Source: Polynucleobacter sp. (GTDB taxonomy: Bacteria > Pseudomonadota > Gammaproteobacteria > Burkholderiales > Burkholderiaceae). From it: DNA of 53,678 nt. The DNA lies in NCBI GenBank assembly GCA_023254115.1, contig JALQYK010000003.1:1-53678 (forward strand), written 5' to 3'. Position numbers and translations under genes: made by a program. How positions within the stretch are numbered: position 1 is the stretch's first letter; the number at the start of each line of letters is the position of its first letter. Positions 1-7,978 of this stretch are shown here, piece after piece. Under the pieces are notes generated by a model. The model was not told the origin of the DNA, did no database searches, and saw nothing but the letters and a program-made list of their open reading frames with translations.

Positions 1-363
1 GCCTTTAATAATCTCAAGTGCCTTAATAAGCTCTTCGCCTGAGCCCACCTCTACGGCAGTTTTACCTTTGGCAAATTCAATAATTTTTGCCCCATAGCGA
101 ATGTTTAAGCAAACCTTGCCGTCAGCCGCCACGTACCACCACTGGCGTATACGCTTTTCAATTTCAATATTCTTACGCGAGCCGTCGTAGTCTTTCACTG
201 TTTTGAATTTCTTAACAGTAAAAGTACCGCCTTCCTTTTGCGCTTTGGCTAGCTGAATTTGCTCCCATACCTTAGAACCTAGCTTATTACGGCGATGAAG
301 GATGGGTGGAATTGCGGTTGGTTTTTTAGAATTTACTAATTTCAAACTATTAAGTGTGCTCAT
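1..363 (-). CDS. Hypothetical island protein, DUF6641-like (3' end cut by window edge)
   Basis: Not in ORF track; hand translation MSTLNSLKLVNSKKPTAIPPILHRRNKLGSKVWEQIQLAKAQKEG...KRIRQWWY...IRYGAKIIEFAKGKTAVEV; RBS AAAGGAG upstream; family call from memory. Confidence 0.75.
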   Translation of the reverse strand, partial: MSTLNSLKLVNSKKPTAIPPILHRRNKLGSKVWEQIQLAKAQKEGGTFTVKKFKTVKDYDGSRKNIEIEKRIRQWWYVAADGKVCLNIRYGAKIIEFAKGKTAVEVGSGEELIKALEIIKG

Positions 364-525
364 CGTTTTCTCCTTTGTGTGAATGGGCACAGTTAATTTA
401 TTGTCGGCCATTTCGAAAGAGCAACCTCTTTATGCCAAAAGCCACATATACCTAATAATCACATTCATTTCTACTCTTCTTTTATTAGGTTTTGCTAAAT
501 AACTTTATAAATTACTACTGAAACA

Positions 526-976
526 AGGGCAGTGACACCCAGTCGTTATGTCACCCTAAAGCTGGACTTAGAGTCGCAGTGATGGAAATTCTGGGCAGTA
601 GCAGAGACTTGGTATCACTATCCATTACAGGACGCCATTAGAGTTGCTTACTAATTGATACAAGAATATTTCAGCACAAAGATTAAATGAATCACGAGCA
701 AGCTCTGCTTACACAGCAACTTGCGAACAAGACATTTGTAGCCACTTAATGCTTATGTCATTGTTGCGTTTTACGGCCGCACATAAAAGGAGACAGCAAA
801 ACCGCCCTTACCCAATTGGGTTGTGCCCTAAGTGGTGTAGCAAAGAACTCAGCGAAAGTCCTTTCCTATTACTGAGCCTGTTGCTTAAGGCTCAGTGTAG
901 GTTGAATCTAGCGAAAATCAATTAAGAAAAAGAAATGTGTGAGCGCAAGCGAAACACAGGCGAATGTAGTTCGCCT
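526..976. other. Structured non-coding region (candidate ncRNA or single-strand origin)
   Basis: No ORF >=60 aa; serial hairpins at 526-557, 579-628, 698-724, 726-765, 865-901, 936-958, 958-976. Confidence 0.45.
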
Positions 977-1371
977 TATCTAAGCTCTAGTTCGTACTTA
1001 AGCGGCTCCCAATTTTCATAGTAGGAATCAATTACATTTTTAACAAAGTCATCCGTAACTTTCTTGCCGCTATCTTCATAGCGATCTATAGGAGCCTTCA
1101 TCTCATAATAAGCATTTAATATCCACTCACCGGATGGATCACATTGCTCGCTCCATAAAAATTCCCGAGCCTCATTTGTTGATAGCCAGTTATACATTTC
1201 AATTAATTTATTATGCGAATCTGCTAGCCCTAAGATATGTAGCAACAAAATTCGCCCAAACGCCTGAGTGTCACCATTTCCATACTCAAAAAATCTTCTT
1301 GTGTTGGCATTTATCCATGGGGCTAATAGATTTTCAGGGCTGTTAGGGTTGTTAAATTTATTTGTTTTCAT
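976..1371 (-). CDS. Hypothetical protein (131 aa)
   Basis: ATG-start ORF with natural composition, divergent from small integrase; no recognised motif. Confidence 0.65.
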   Translation of the reverse strand: MKTNKFNNPNSPENLLAPWINANTRRFFEYGNGDTQAFGRILLLHILGLADSHNKLIEMYNWLSTNEAREFLWSEQCDPSGEWILNAYYEMKAPIDRYEDSGKKVTDDFVKNVIDSYYENWEPLKYELELR

Positions 1372-1761
1372 AATTAATCCTATTTTTCACATATTAACTT
1401 GAATAGGTATAGGTAGAAAATCACCGCCCGAAAAGTTTCAGCCCTCCATAAATTTTTCGTAGCGCAGAAATTTAATAGTCGAAGACCCATTCAGGGTAAA
1501 TCCGTCGTTTAAGCGGTGATAAGAAACTATCGCTTAGTTAGGTAACTAAGTCCAAAATTAAACAGCTTGTAGGGCTTATAAATACGTCATGAAATATCGT
1601 GGCATAAACGCCACGAAAACATAATCTAATGTGAAAAAGATTATGTAATCAGCTAAGTCTTTGAATTTTGGAAGGTTCTTTCTTAGCCATTTTCGGTTGC
1701 TCTAACCAAACATAAGAAAACATACTGTAGCTCTGTATTTATTAGATTTCAGGGAGAACGT

Positions 1762-2328
1762 ATGTCACAAGCTAGAGTTTTAAATCCACAAGAACTACGC
1801 AGAGTTTTAGATCATGTTGCTACACGCAGGCATAGCGCACGTAATCGCGCTATGTTACTACTGACGCACTACGCGGGTATGCGAGTAGGTGAAGTTGCTG
1901 CCCTACGCATAAACGACGTTTTAAACAGCGACAACACAATTAAGGATGAAGTACGCTTGCTACCCGAGCAAACTAAGGGTAAGCATGCCCGTACCGTTTA
2001 TTTAAATGAACGCATGCGTAAAGAGATTGGCCAGTATCTGCGTGTATTACGCATTAGAGATGCCAGTAAACCTTTGTTTTATACACAGAAGCAAGCTGGG
2101 TTCTCAGCCAACTCTCTAGCCCAATACTTCTTTTACCTATATCGCAATGTGGGATTAGATGGAGCCAGCAGCCATAGCGGCAGACGAAGCTTTTTAACTG
2201 GACTAGCCAATAAAGGTACGGCGATACATATATTGAAGAGTCTAGCTGGACATAGAAACATCAGCACTACGGCTAGCTATCTATACTCGAGCCCGACTCA
2301 ACTAAAAGCGGCTGTTGAGTTGGTGTGA
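1762..2328 (+). CDS. Small tyrosine recombinase (catalytic domain only, 188 aa)
   Basis: GMRVGE (R), TKGK (K), SHSGRR (HxxR), LAGH, TASY (Y); RBS GGGAG upstream. Confidence 0.92.
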   Translation: MSQARVLNPQELRRVLDHVATRRHSARNRAMLLLTHYAGMRVGEVAALRINDVLNSDNTIKDEVRLLPEQTKGKHARTVYLNERMRKEIGQYLRVLRIRDASKPLFYTQKQAGFSANSLAQYFFYLYRNVGLDGASSHSGRRSFLTGLANKGTAIHILKSLAGHRNISTTASYLYSSPTQLKAAVELV

Positions 2329-2345
2329 TGTCGTTTTAAACGACT
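2329..2345. repeat. Island 17-bp palindrome copy 1 (TGTCGTTTTAAACGACT)
   Basis: 16/17 match, starts on the base after the integrase TGA and overlaps the stop of the convergent gene. Confidence 0.9.
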
Positions 2346-3082
2346 TTTGTGGACACGGGGAATTTGCCCTGTGCCGCACTCTGAATAATTCGTTCGGCAT
2401 TTTTCAGGTATCGCTTTACTGTAGCTCCCATTACATTTCTTCTTAAAAAATTCTCATCAGCCATTAGTTTAGAAGAGGTCATAGCAGTAGGCACCAATCG
2501 GAGATTCTCGCCAACCTTCCACAGCGGCACCTTTTTAACATCGTCTCTAGTACGCATATATTCGTCATAGACCTGAAGCGTCTTTCTCAAATTCTCTATG
2601 GTGTAATTTCTCTCTAGTGGGTAATTCGCATTACTAGACTCTAGCTTCTTGGCTGTTCTTCCACGCTTGGCTGTATGTCGCTCTTTTAATAATCTTGCGA
2701 ATCTGCTTTGAAGATATCTTTTACTTGACGTAAGCGGTGCAGCAATAATTAATACATTCTCTTTTGTCCAAGCATCATCCCACTGACTTTTATCTTCCAA
2801 TTCAGTAAGTGTCATTAAGCCCGCTTGCTCAGCAAATAAATTCGCTCCACGCTGACCTTCTGTCCACCATTTCTTAAAGTTATCTTCCCTCACGTCGCCA
2901 AAGTCTTTGTATAACTTCGCGAACTTTCCTTTGCCGCCTTTTTCGCAACAAGCCAAATAGTCATTATTGCGGCGCAGATAAGCCCACCACCAGTAATAAG
3001 GGCTTTGCTGTTGGTATGACAAAGAACGTGGTTTGTTCTTAGTTCCAAATGTAGGGTGTTGTGCGAGGAATCTTCTTAACAT
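2336..3082 (-). CDS. Hypothetical protein, possibly DUF6499/DUF2285 (FseA-like) transcriptional activator
   Basis: N-terminal WWWAYLRRNNDY resembles the WEFLRRN motif; basic C-terminal helix TVKRYLKNAERIIQSAAQGKFP. Confidence 0.55.
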   Translation of the reverse strand: MLRRFLAQHPTFGTKNKPRSLSYQQQSPYYWWWAYLRRNNDYLACCEKGGKGKFAKLYKDFGDVREDNFKKWWTEGQRGANLFAEQAGLMTLTELEDKSQWDDAWTKENVLIIAAPLTSSKRYLQSRFARLLKERHTAKRGRTAKKLESSNANYPLERNYTIENLRKTLQVYDEYMRTRDDVKKVPLWKVGENLRLVPTAMTSSKLMADENFLRRNVMGATVKRYLKNAERIIQSAAQGKFPVSTKVV

Positions 3083-3220
3083 TTTCTTAACATCTAAATT
3101 ACATAAATTAGTTTGTATGCGGTTAAGTTTATCAAAAAATAGCCTAATAGAGTCATGGCCAAGCGGTTAAATTTCTTAACAAGCAACCATATTTTTAAAC
3201 ACACAGAAAGAGAGTAAATC

Positions 3221-3991
3221 ATGAATACATTAATGAACGCAGTAGAAACAACAGCAACTAACAATGTCGTTTTAAACGACAAATCCAGCGTAGTTATTAA
3301 TGCTGGCAAATTGCTTGCTGGCATGGAAGCTAAGCGCATTAGCTGGGAACAAGGCGCTTATAGAGTTAGCAATTTGGAGCTCTATAACGTACTAGCCGAT
3401 TGTTTGTTATTTGCTGGCGAGTTGCCAGTAGCTGAATCCAAACAACGTAGTGCGGCTTTGGAAGCATTCTTTAAAGAGCGTGGCTACAAGTATAAAAAGG
3501 ACTCACACATCATTGCTCGTGTAGTTCGTGCTGTATTTGGCAATATTGACCGCCGCCGTATCAGTACTTATGTATTGGTATTGCGTCAGGCTCAAAAATC
3601 CAAAGTAGAGCCAACCCAATTAGCCCAATGGATTGAAGATGGTGGCGGCATACAAGAAATCAAGCTTTCTCGTAGCGCAACATTTGTAAGCCCAACCGCT
3701 AAAGCTTCTATTGCTAAGACTGACTTTGTGAACTTGCCTGTATTGGCAATTGCCAAGTCCGAACAGCTTAGTCAATTGGCTGATGCTGGTTTTGTTGGCG
3801 AAGATTGTGTGCTGATTGCTGAACAGTTAGCCGACGGCGGCTTTGCTATCCGAGCACTTGTTCGCAAAGAGGGCGCTGTTAATGCGGCATTCACAGCTTT
3901 GTATAGCGACATTAAGTCACAACAAGTGGCAGCCAAAAAAGAAGTCGTTGCGGCTAACGATGCTGACGGCGCTATCGCCAAACAAGCTTAA
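3221..3991 (+). CDS. Hypothetical protein (256 aa)
   Basis: Long Ala/Lys-rich ORF, RBS-like GAGAG upstream, followed by strong hairpin. Confidence 0.8.
   Translation: MNTLMNAVETTATNNVVLNDKSSVVINAGKLLAGMEAKRISWEQGAYRVSNLELYNVLADCLLFAGELPVAESKQRSAALEAFFKERGYKYKKDSHIIARVVRAVFGNIDRRRISTYVLVLRQAQKSKVEPTQLAQWIEDGGGIQEIKLSRSATFVSPTAKASIAKTDFVNLPVLAIAKSEQLSQLADAGFVGEDCVLIAEQLADGGFAIRALVRKEGAVNAAFTALYSDIKSQQVAAKKEVVAANDADGAIAKQA
3265..3281. repeat. Island 17-bp palindrome copy 2 (intragenic)
   Basis: Exact TGTCGTTTTAAACGACA encoding NVVLNDK. Confidence 0.92.
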
Positions 3992-3999
3992 CAACAACT

Positions 4000-4024
4000 A
4001 TGGGGGTGTTATGAGCACCCCCAT
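4000..4024 (+). terminator. Stem-loop between hypothetical gene and AAA+ gene (terminator or stabiliser)
   Basis: ATGGGGGTGTT-ATG-AGCACCCCCAT, 11-bp stem; weak U tail. Confidence 0.5.
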
Positions 4025-4030
4025 TAATAA

Positions 4031-4711
4031 ATGAAAGGAAACATTATGTTTATCAGAAAGGACTTTAAATATGAGCCCAACCAAATTGGTGACATCATCT
4101 GGGGCAATACTGAGAGTCGTTTGCGAATCGAAGATATTGTCAGCGGTGCCGAAGCATTACCTTACTGCGGCAAATCAGCCATTCTTCTTTACGGGGTCTT
4201 TGGAACAGGAAAAACAACCTTGGCCAAAATGCTACCTGACGCAATTGAGAATGGCAGAACAGGACAAGGACTAATCCTTCCTGAAACCTTTATCGGTTGC
4301 CAGCAAGGCTTTAATGGCCCACAAGTAATGGTGCTTATTGAGAATGTATTAAATAAAGTGTCTTTAAACACTAGCGGGCTTCACTACTTCATTTTGGATG
4401 AGGTGGATAACCTAACCAAATTGGCACAGCAAAGCTTGAAGTCTGCGCTTAATACAGACAGGGGTATTTTCATTCTCACCACAAACAACATTTCCGAGCT
4501 TGATAAAGGCTTAAAAGATCGTTGTATATTAGTTGAGATGAATGCCGCACCAGTTAGCGAGTATTTGCCATTAGCTAAAAATTTAGTAAGCGATATGGGT
4601 GTTGTTATGAGCGACATCGACCTATTGCCAACCATTTCCGCCGCCAATGGTTCATTACGCAATCTCATCCATAACATAGAGCGGCTTGCTAGACGAGCAG
4701 CCATTAAATAG
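4031..4711 (+). CDS. AAA+ ATPase of the clamp-loader clade (RFC small subunit/DnaX-like ATPase domain); start may be 4046
   Basis: Walker A GVFGTGKT, Walker B ILDEVD, AQQSLK, FILTTN sensor 1, LKDRC arginine finger, GSLRN sensor 2. Confidence 0.85.
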   Translation: MKGNIMFIRKDFKYEPNQIGDIIWGNTESRLRIEDIVSGAEALPYCGKSAILLYGVFGTGKTTLAKMLPDAIENGRTGQGLILPETFIGCQQGFNGPQVMVLIENVLNKVSLNTSGLHYFILDEVDNLTKLAQQSLKSALNTDRGIFILTTNNISELDKGLKDRCILVEMNAAPVSEYLPLAKNLVSDMGVVMSDIDLLPTISAANGSLRNLIHNIERLARRAAIK

Positions 4712-4714
4712 TTT

Positions 4715-4731
4715 TGTCGTTTAAAACGACA
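4715..4731. repeat. Island 17-bp palindrome copy 3
   Basis: TGTCGTTTAAAACGACA in the 29-bp gap between two convergent stops. Confidence 0.92.
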
Positions 4732-4740
4732 TTACGAGCA

Positions 4741-6015
4741 TCAGGCCAATTGCTCAGCAGCCATAGTAGGCGTTAGTTTGGAATAGTGCCGCTCAATCAT
4801 AGCGGCACTATTTCCCATTTGTTTAGCTAGTGTATGAATGTCGGTCTTATTCTCTAATAACTCTAACGTGGCATAAGTGTGCCGCAATGAATACAAGGTT
4901 CGCATTTGTCCATCTTGGCTCAATCCCAAGCCCGTATCTCTCATTAATCTTTTAAATGCTCCGTCAATCCTTGCTGGCTGGTGGCCATCAGCAAATACAA
5001 AGATTCGCTGGGGCACACGTGACTCAAACAATCTGTCAAACGAAATATCTTTAACGGCAAACTGTCTACTATGTAATCGCTTAAGGGCGTCAATAGCCTT
5101 ATGTTTAGCAATTAACCAACGACCGCCTGTTTTGCCACTCACCCATATACGCAAATACTTCTTATCCCCTTGTGTGTGCCACTCAATATTGTTCCAACAG
5201 ATATTCAATGCTTCAGTGCCATGCCGCATGCCTGTGTAAAACAAAATCTCCACATAGTCCCTTAACAATGGGCGGGTTAATTGCTCTATCTCCAATCTCC
5301 CATGATTAATCCAATCTTTCATGTACCCCAACAAATAATCCATCTCTTCTCGGCTAAATGCTGGGCGAGTTTTGCCTTTGTGCCCTCGTGTTGTTAGTTT
5401 TGGGATTGCCACCCTCTCACTAATCCAACCTTTATTCACTGCTGTCTGCTGTAGCTTTGTCCAAGCGCTAGAAAAGTTCATTAGAGTGCTGGCTTTTGGC
5501 ACTAGGCGCATTTGTCTATTTCGCCAAATTTCAAACTCATGAACGTCTGTGTAAGTTATTTCCTCTAGTCGTTTGTCCTGAAAATAAGGCAGAAAGTATT
5601 TTTCAATACAAGTGATGTAACTAAGGTAAACCACCTTACCAATTCCTTCATCCAAATCACGTCGCATTTCGTAGAGTGTGGCGTGCGCTATTTCTGTAAA
5701 CGTGGGTGCTTTTTGCGCAAGCCCTAGACGCTGGCGAAATCTGGCTTCATCGTATAGGTCGCAGGCAACTCGGACAGCATGTTCAATTGATGCTTGCTTG
5801 GTCGATATGCGTTCCCACGTTCCGTTTTGTCGTTTAAAACGACATTGCCAGAGAGGGCTATTTGGTCTGCGGAAGATAACAACTTCACCATCGCGCAGAT
5901 ATAACTCTGCAGGCTCTGCGTATCTAAGTTGGCTAAGTGTTGTGGGTTGGTGAAACTGAGGTGATGAGGGTAGAACTTCTAAGTTTGTAAGTTTGGTGAC
6001 TACGCCTTTAGGCAT
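4741..6015 (-). CDS. Phage-integrase family tyrosine recombinase (424 aa) with N-terminal arm-binding-like region
   Basis: GMRHGTE (R), SGKTG (K), YSLRHTY, QMGNS, IERHY (Y); N-terminal WQCRFK...RIST beta-sheet motif. Confidence 0.92.
   Translation of the reverse strand: MPKGVVTKLTNLEVLPSSPQFHQPTTLSQLRYAEPAELYLRDGEVVIFRRPNSPLWQCRFKRQNGTWERISTKQASIEHAVRVACDLYDEARFRQRLGLAQKAPTFTEIAHATLYEMRRDLDEGIGKVVYLSYITCIEKYFLPYFQDKRLEEITYTDVHEFEIWRNRQMRLVPKASTLMNFSSAWTKLQQTAVNKGWISERVAIPKLTTRGHKGKTRPAFSREEMDYLLGYMKDWINHGRLEIEQLTRPLLRDYVEILFYTGMRHGTEALNICWNNIEWHTQGDKKYLRIWVSGKTGGRWLIAKHKAIDALKRLHSRQFAVKDISFDRLFESRVPQRIFVFADGHQPARIDGAFKRLMRDTGLGLSQDGQMRTLYSLRHTYATLELLENKTDIHTLAKQMGNSAAMIERHYSKLTPTMAAEQLA
5828..5844. 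repeat. Island 17-bp palindrome copy 4 (inside integrase)
   Basis: TGTCGTTTAAAACGACA; 23-bp identity GTTTTGTCGTTTAAAACGACATT with 4711-4733. Confidence 0.92.
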
Positions 6016-6016
6016 G

Positions 6017-6053
6017 AACTTGCTGTAAAAGTTTTGATCTCATACAGCAAGTT
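6017..6053. promoter_or_regulatory. Perfect 11-bp inverted repeat immediately upstream of integrase start
   Basis: AACTTGCTGTA-N15-TACAGCAAGTT. Confidence 0.55.
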
Positions 6054-6091
6054 TAGTTTCAGAGCTTCGAATTGGGCAACTGACGATAAGG

Positions 6092-7234
6092 CTACTTATT
6101 CAAGGAAATATACGATCCATTGCGCTGGAGCAACCTACCCACTTCCCGATCTAATACCTTTTGAATAACGATTTTTAAATCGGGCCCGCATCTCTGGAAA
6201 CCAAATAACCTAGATACCTGCTGTACAAGTTCAGCATCTTCAATTTGTACACTACTTTTAACTAAATGCTCTAACGCAACAGCTATCTCAGCTGGAGGTA
6301 TGTATTCAGCCTTTTCAAGATTTTTATTAATAACGGAGGATCTATTCCGCACAACCCTGTTAACTTCTCCAGCAACAGACCAAAAGCCGCCTTCATTTGT
6401 AAGTCCATTTGCTAGCTTTAAGCCTTCAACCGTTGCCGCAACAATCCTTGCCCCAGCCTTTTCTAGGTCAAATGCCTTAGCAACTCTTCTTGCCACTTCG
6501 TCTTGATGAATTGGAGCCTCTATCTCAACAATTTTTTTAACTAGTTTTGATCTCTCATAAACAGATACTTCGTGGGGAGCCTTATTTCTTGAGAAAAATT
6601 TTTCATTAGATTCAATATAAGGAACGACTAGATCTCTTGCCTCATCGACAATTGCTTGGGGCTCAAAAATATCTACGATTGGCTCAACTACCTCTGGATT
6701 AACTTGTTTTATCTCATTAGAGTTCTGTAGAGAAGCCAAATAGTCCAATAATTTTGCTTCTTGGTCTTGGCGCCTATGGAACCAATCAGTGCTCCATATT
6801 CTGTAAATTTTCCAGCCACGACCCTCTAAAATCTCTTGTCTAAGTCTATCTCTATCTCGCGCAGATCTAGAAGAGTGATAAGTTGCGCCATCACACTCAA
6901 TACCGCAATAAAACTTGTTTTCATTGCTTGGATCGATTACCCCTATGTCGATAAAGAATCCCGCCATACCAACTTGAGGTTGAACTTTATATCCATGTTT
7001 AGCAAGAAACATAGCAACGGATTCTTCAAAATCACTATCAAATCCCTTTTCAGTGTTGATAGGAACATCAAAGTATCCTTTTTCAGCAAACTGAAGAAAT
7101 TCTTTAAATGCGTTAACGCCCAATTTTCCAGGAGCCGATTTAACATCTTCTGCTGTTATAGAAGAAAAGACAGTACACCTTTCCTTAGCACGAGAAATTA
7201 ATACATTTAGCCTTCTTTCCCCGCCTTCTGCCGC
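6092..7234 (-). pseudogene. 5'-truncated SF1 helicase / Vsr-like endonuclease (MTES_1575 type) / DUF3320 protein
   Basis: Frame extends upstream of the 7123 TTG as EGGERRLNVLISRAKERCTVFSS (helicase motif VI); DSDFEESV...IECDGATYHS...RDRDRLRQEILE...WSTDW nuclease motif; bulk of helicase missing. Confidence 0.8.
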
Positions 7235-7784
7235 CGAAGTTGGTCTTATTGCTTTTGAATGCCCACAAAATCCCGGATACCATCACGTAGCACATAGCAA
7301 TGTCTACATTGAAGAAAATTTAAGTGATGTAATTAAGGTGTTTAATAAGGAACTAAAAAGATTAATTGTTACCCAGCTACATTCTTATGCAACGCCTATT
7401 ATTAGATATGAACTAGGTGATTACGGATGCCTTCATAATTCATGCCCTTGTGGTCATGATGGCCCAACTCTTTCAGATATTTATGGTCGGAAAAAGAACT
7501 TTATAAAATGCTTGGATGGGAAACTTATTCCGTTTACTTTTTACTCAAAACCAATAAACGATATTGTTGATTTCGATGAAATCTTTTGCTATCAGCCCAG
7601 AGTTGATCAGCTGGTAATTGAGCTGGGATCAAAAAAGGAAGTGCCCTCCACTCAATTAGATAAGTTAGTTAGTTACATTAATCGTGTAACCGAGAATCAG
7701 TTTGAGGTTGTTGTGAAGTGCTTAGCAAAGATTGACTGGGCAAAAAATCCAAAAAAACTACCATTTATAAGTTATGTTGATTAA
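7227..7784 (+). pseudogene. 5'-truncated phenylacetate-CoA ligase (PaaK/CapK-like) adenylate-forming enzyme
   Basis: Frame extends upstream of 7338 as SAAEVGLIAFEC; TQLHSYATPIIRYELGD, CPCG...IYGR motifs; N-terminal two-thirds absent. Confidence 0.8.
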
Positions 7785-7978
7785 GGTTCTAGTGCATTAA
7801 AAAGTCACTCAAAACCAATCGTATTTGTCACTACAGCTATTGTGGTATGAAAAAACTTGATTTATATAGTGAATGGATGCTTCAATTGATATATCTTTAG
7901 TAGGAACATTAGAATATATCCCTATAATTTCAATTGGTTAGCGCAAACCATTTAACAAACACTCAACAGAAATCGCTC

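Noticed and set aside
1619-1646. dif/Xer site
   Set aside because: CATAA...TTATGT arms resemble dif but are 16 bp apart rather than 6, and the region is near oriC
1911-1933. Extra palindrome copy inside small integrase (GACGTTTTAAACAGC)
   Set aside because: Too degenerate and not symmetric; not counted
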